A stretch of DNA of 64,000 nt, taken from NCBI RefSeq assembly GCF_009914755.1, contig NC_060929.1, one strand, 5' to 3'. Source of the stretch: the human T2T-CHM13v2.0 reference genome, Homo sapiens. The translations under genes were made by a program, and so were the position numbers. Below the pieces are notes generated by a model. It was given only the letters and a program-made list of their open reading frames with translations. It ran no database searches and was not told where the DNA came from. Shown in pieces: positions 62,801-64,000 of the stretch. How positions within the stretch are numbered: position 1 is the first letter of the stretch; each line of letters opens with the position of its first letter.

Positions 62801-62999
62801 CACCTGGTCTTGATTCATTTCAGTGTAGGCTTTGCTCCTTAAGAGTGCAGTGTGTATTAATCTCTTTCACAGCTGTGTTCTCTATTGGGATCTGGGTTAT
62901 AAAATGCTAAGATATGGAAAAGGGATGCTGTAATTTGCATTTATCCAAAACAACTCATTTGAGCTTTTTTGGCACATCCTTCAGCATCATTTTTTGAGC

Positions 63000-63420
63000 T
63001 ATGCCCATTCATCTATTCACAAATGCTTATTGAGCGCATCCTTATTGCTAGGCACTAGGGATACAACTAGGAAAAGACAGATGCATGCCTACAAGGAGCT
63101 TAAAGTTCAGGGGAGAAGACAAACAAGTTGGTGGATGATTATAATCCTTTGTGATAAGCACAGTGCTCTGATAGGAGCCAGCATGTGGGCTTGAGAGCAC
63201 ACAGGGGAAGCCCACGAGAAAACTCAATAAATGGTTGTTGAATGAGAGAAGAGTCCTCAATTGCCACTTACTTGTTGTGTGATTTTTAGCAAGTCTAGAC
63301 CTCAGTTGTCTTATCTGCAAACTGGGGATAATAATACTTTCCAGATAGCATCTCAGAGATTTTATGAGAATCAGTTGAAGCAATAAACTTAAAAGCCCTT
63401 AGGAAGCCATGATGCTATGC
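63000..63420. mobile_element. L2 3' fragment followed by a MIR fragment
   Basis: attcacaaatgcttattgagcgc...ctacaaggagcttaaagt (L2), then cctcagttgtcttatctgcaaactggggataataata (MIR). Confidence 0.65.
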
Positions 63421-64000
63421 AAGGGAATTGTGAAGAGAAATAATGTGCTCTTCCTGGTGCTGTGTAGCCATGATATCTTTCTTAGAATTTGAACATTATT
63501 AAGAAGTTTGGGTAAGTTTCTGAGAGAATAGATTTCAGCTAAAGAAATGTGTCTATTGAAATCCCTGAAAGGCTTTATTTTAAATTGTCTTCTTTACAAG
63601 ACAAAAACCACATTACATAGGCCCCAGAGACAGTTGCAAAGAATCTAATTTAGTTTGCATTTGGAGTGAAGAAGATTCTGAGACTTTTATTTCTTCTTCA
63701 AAGGGCTTTTAATTATGTTTACCTCTTTAAAACCTGTTTTGACAGGCCTCTAAATTCCTAATGACTACATCCATGGTGTCACCAGATTCTCCTAGAAACA
63801 CATAAAATATCATAGTTATAAACTACCGTGACTTTTCAAATGCCTACTTTGTGCTCAGCATTAAGGAAAATATAAAAAGAAACAAGGTTATCCCTATCAT
63901 CAAGTATCTTATAGTCTGATGAAAAACCAATTACTACACATAAAATAATAGTGAATGATAACTATACAACGCATAAACTATATGTAGATTTTAAGGCTGG

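Overview
Primate (almost certainly human) genomic DNA; it is AT-rich and dense in repeats. The only credible protein-coding sequence is the first coding exon of KCTD16, a GABA-B receptor auxiliary subunit with BTB/T1 and H1 domains. It lies on the + strand: acceptor at 30576/30577, ATG at 30903, donor at 31734/31735. A small CpG-rich promoter-like patch with a candidate non-coding exon lies about 1 kb upstream of the exon (29350-29740). The rest is intronic: Alus (including a human-specific AluYb8), L1/L2/MIR fragments, MaLR/ERVL LTRs, DNA transposons and microsatellites. Nearly all other ORFs in the track are repeat-derived or chance ORFs. I see no novel multi-gene system. The most interesting leads are regulatory: (1) a candidate intronic polyadenylation site that would give an H2-less, KCTD12-like KCTD16 isoform; (2) a uORF cluster in the 5' UTR; (3) an ~800-bp inverted L1 pair that could form long dsRNA in the pre-mRNA. 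Repeat subfamily calls are by eye and need RepeatMasker/Dfam confirmation.
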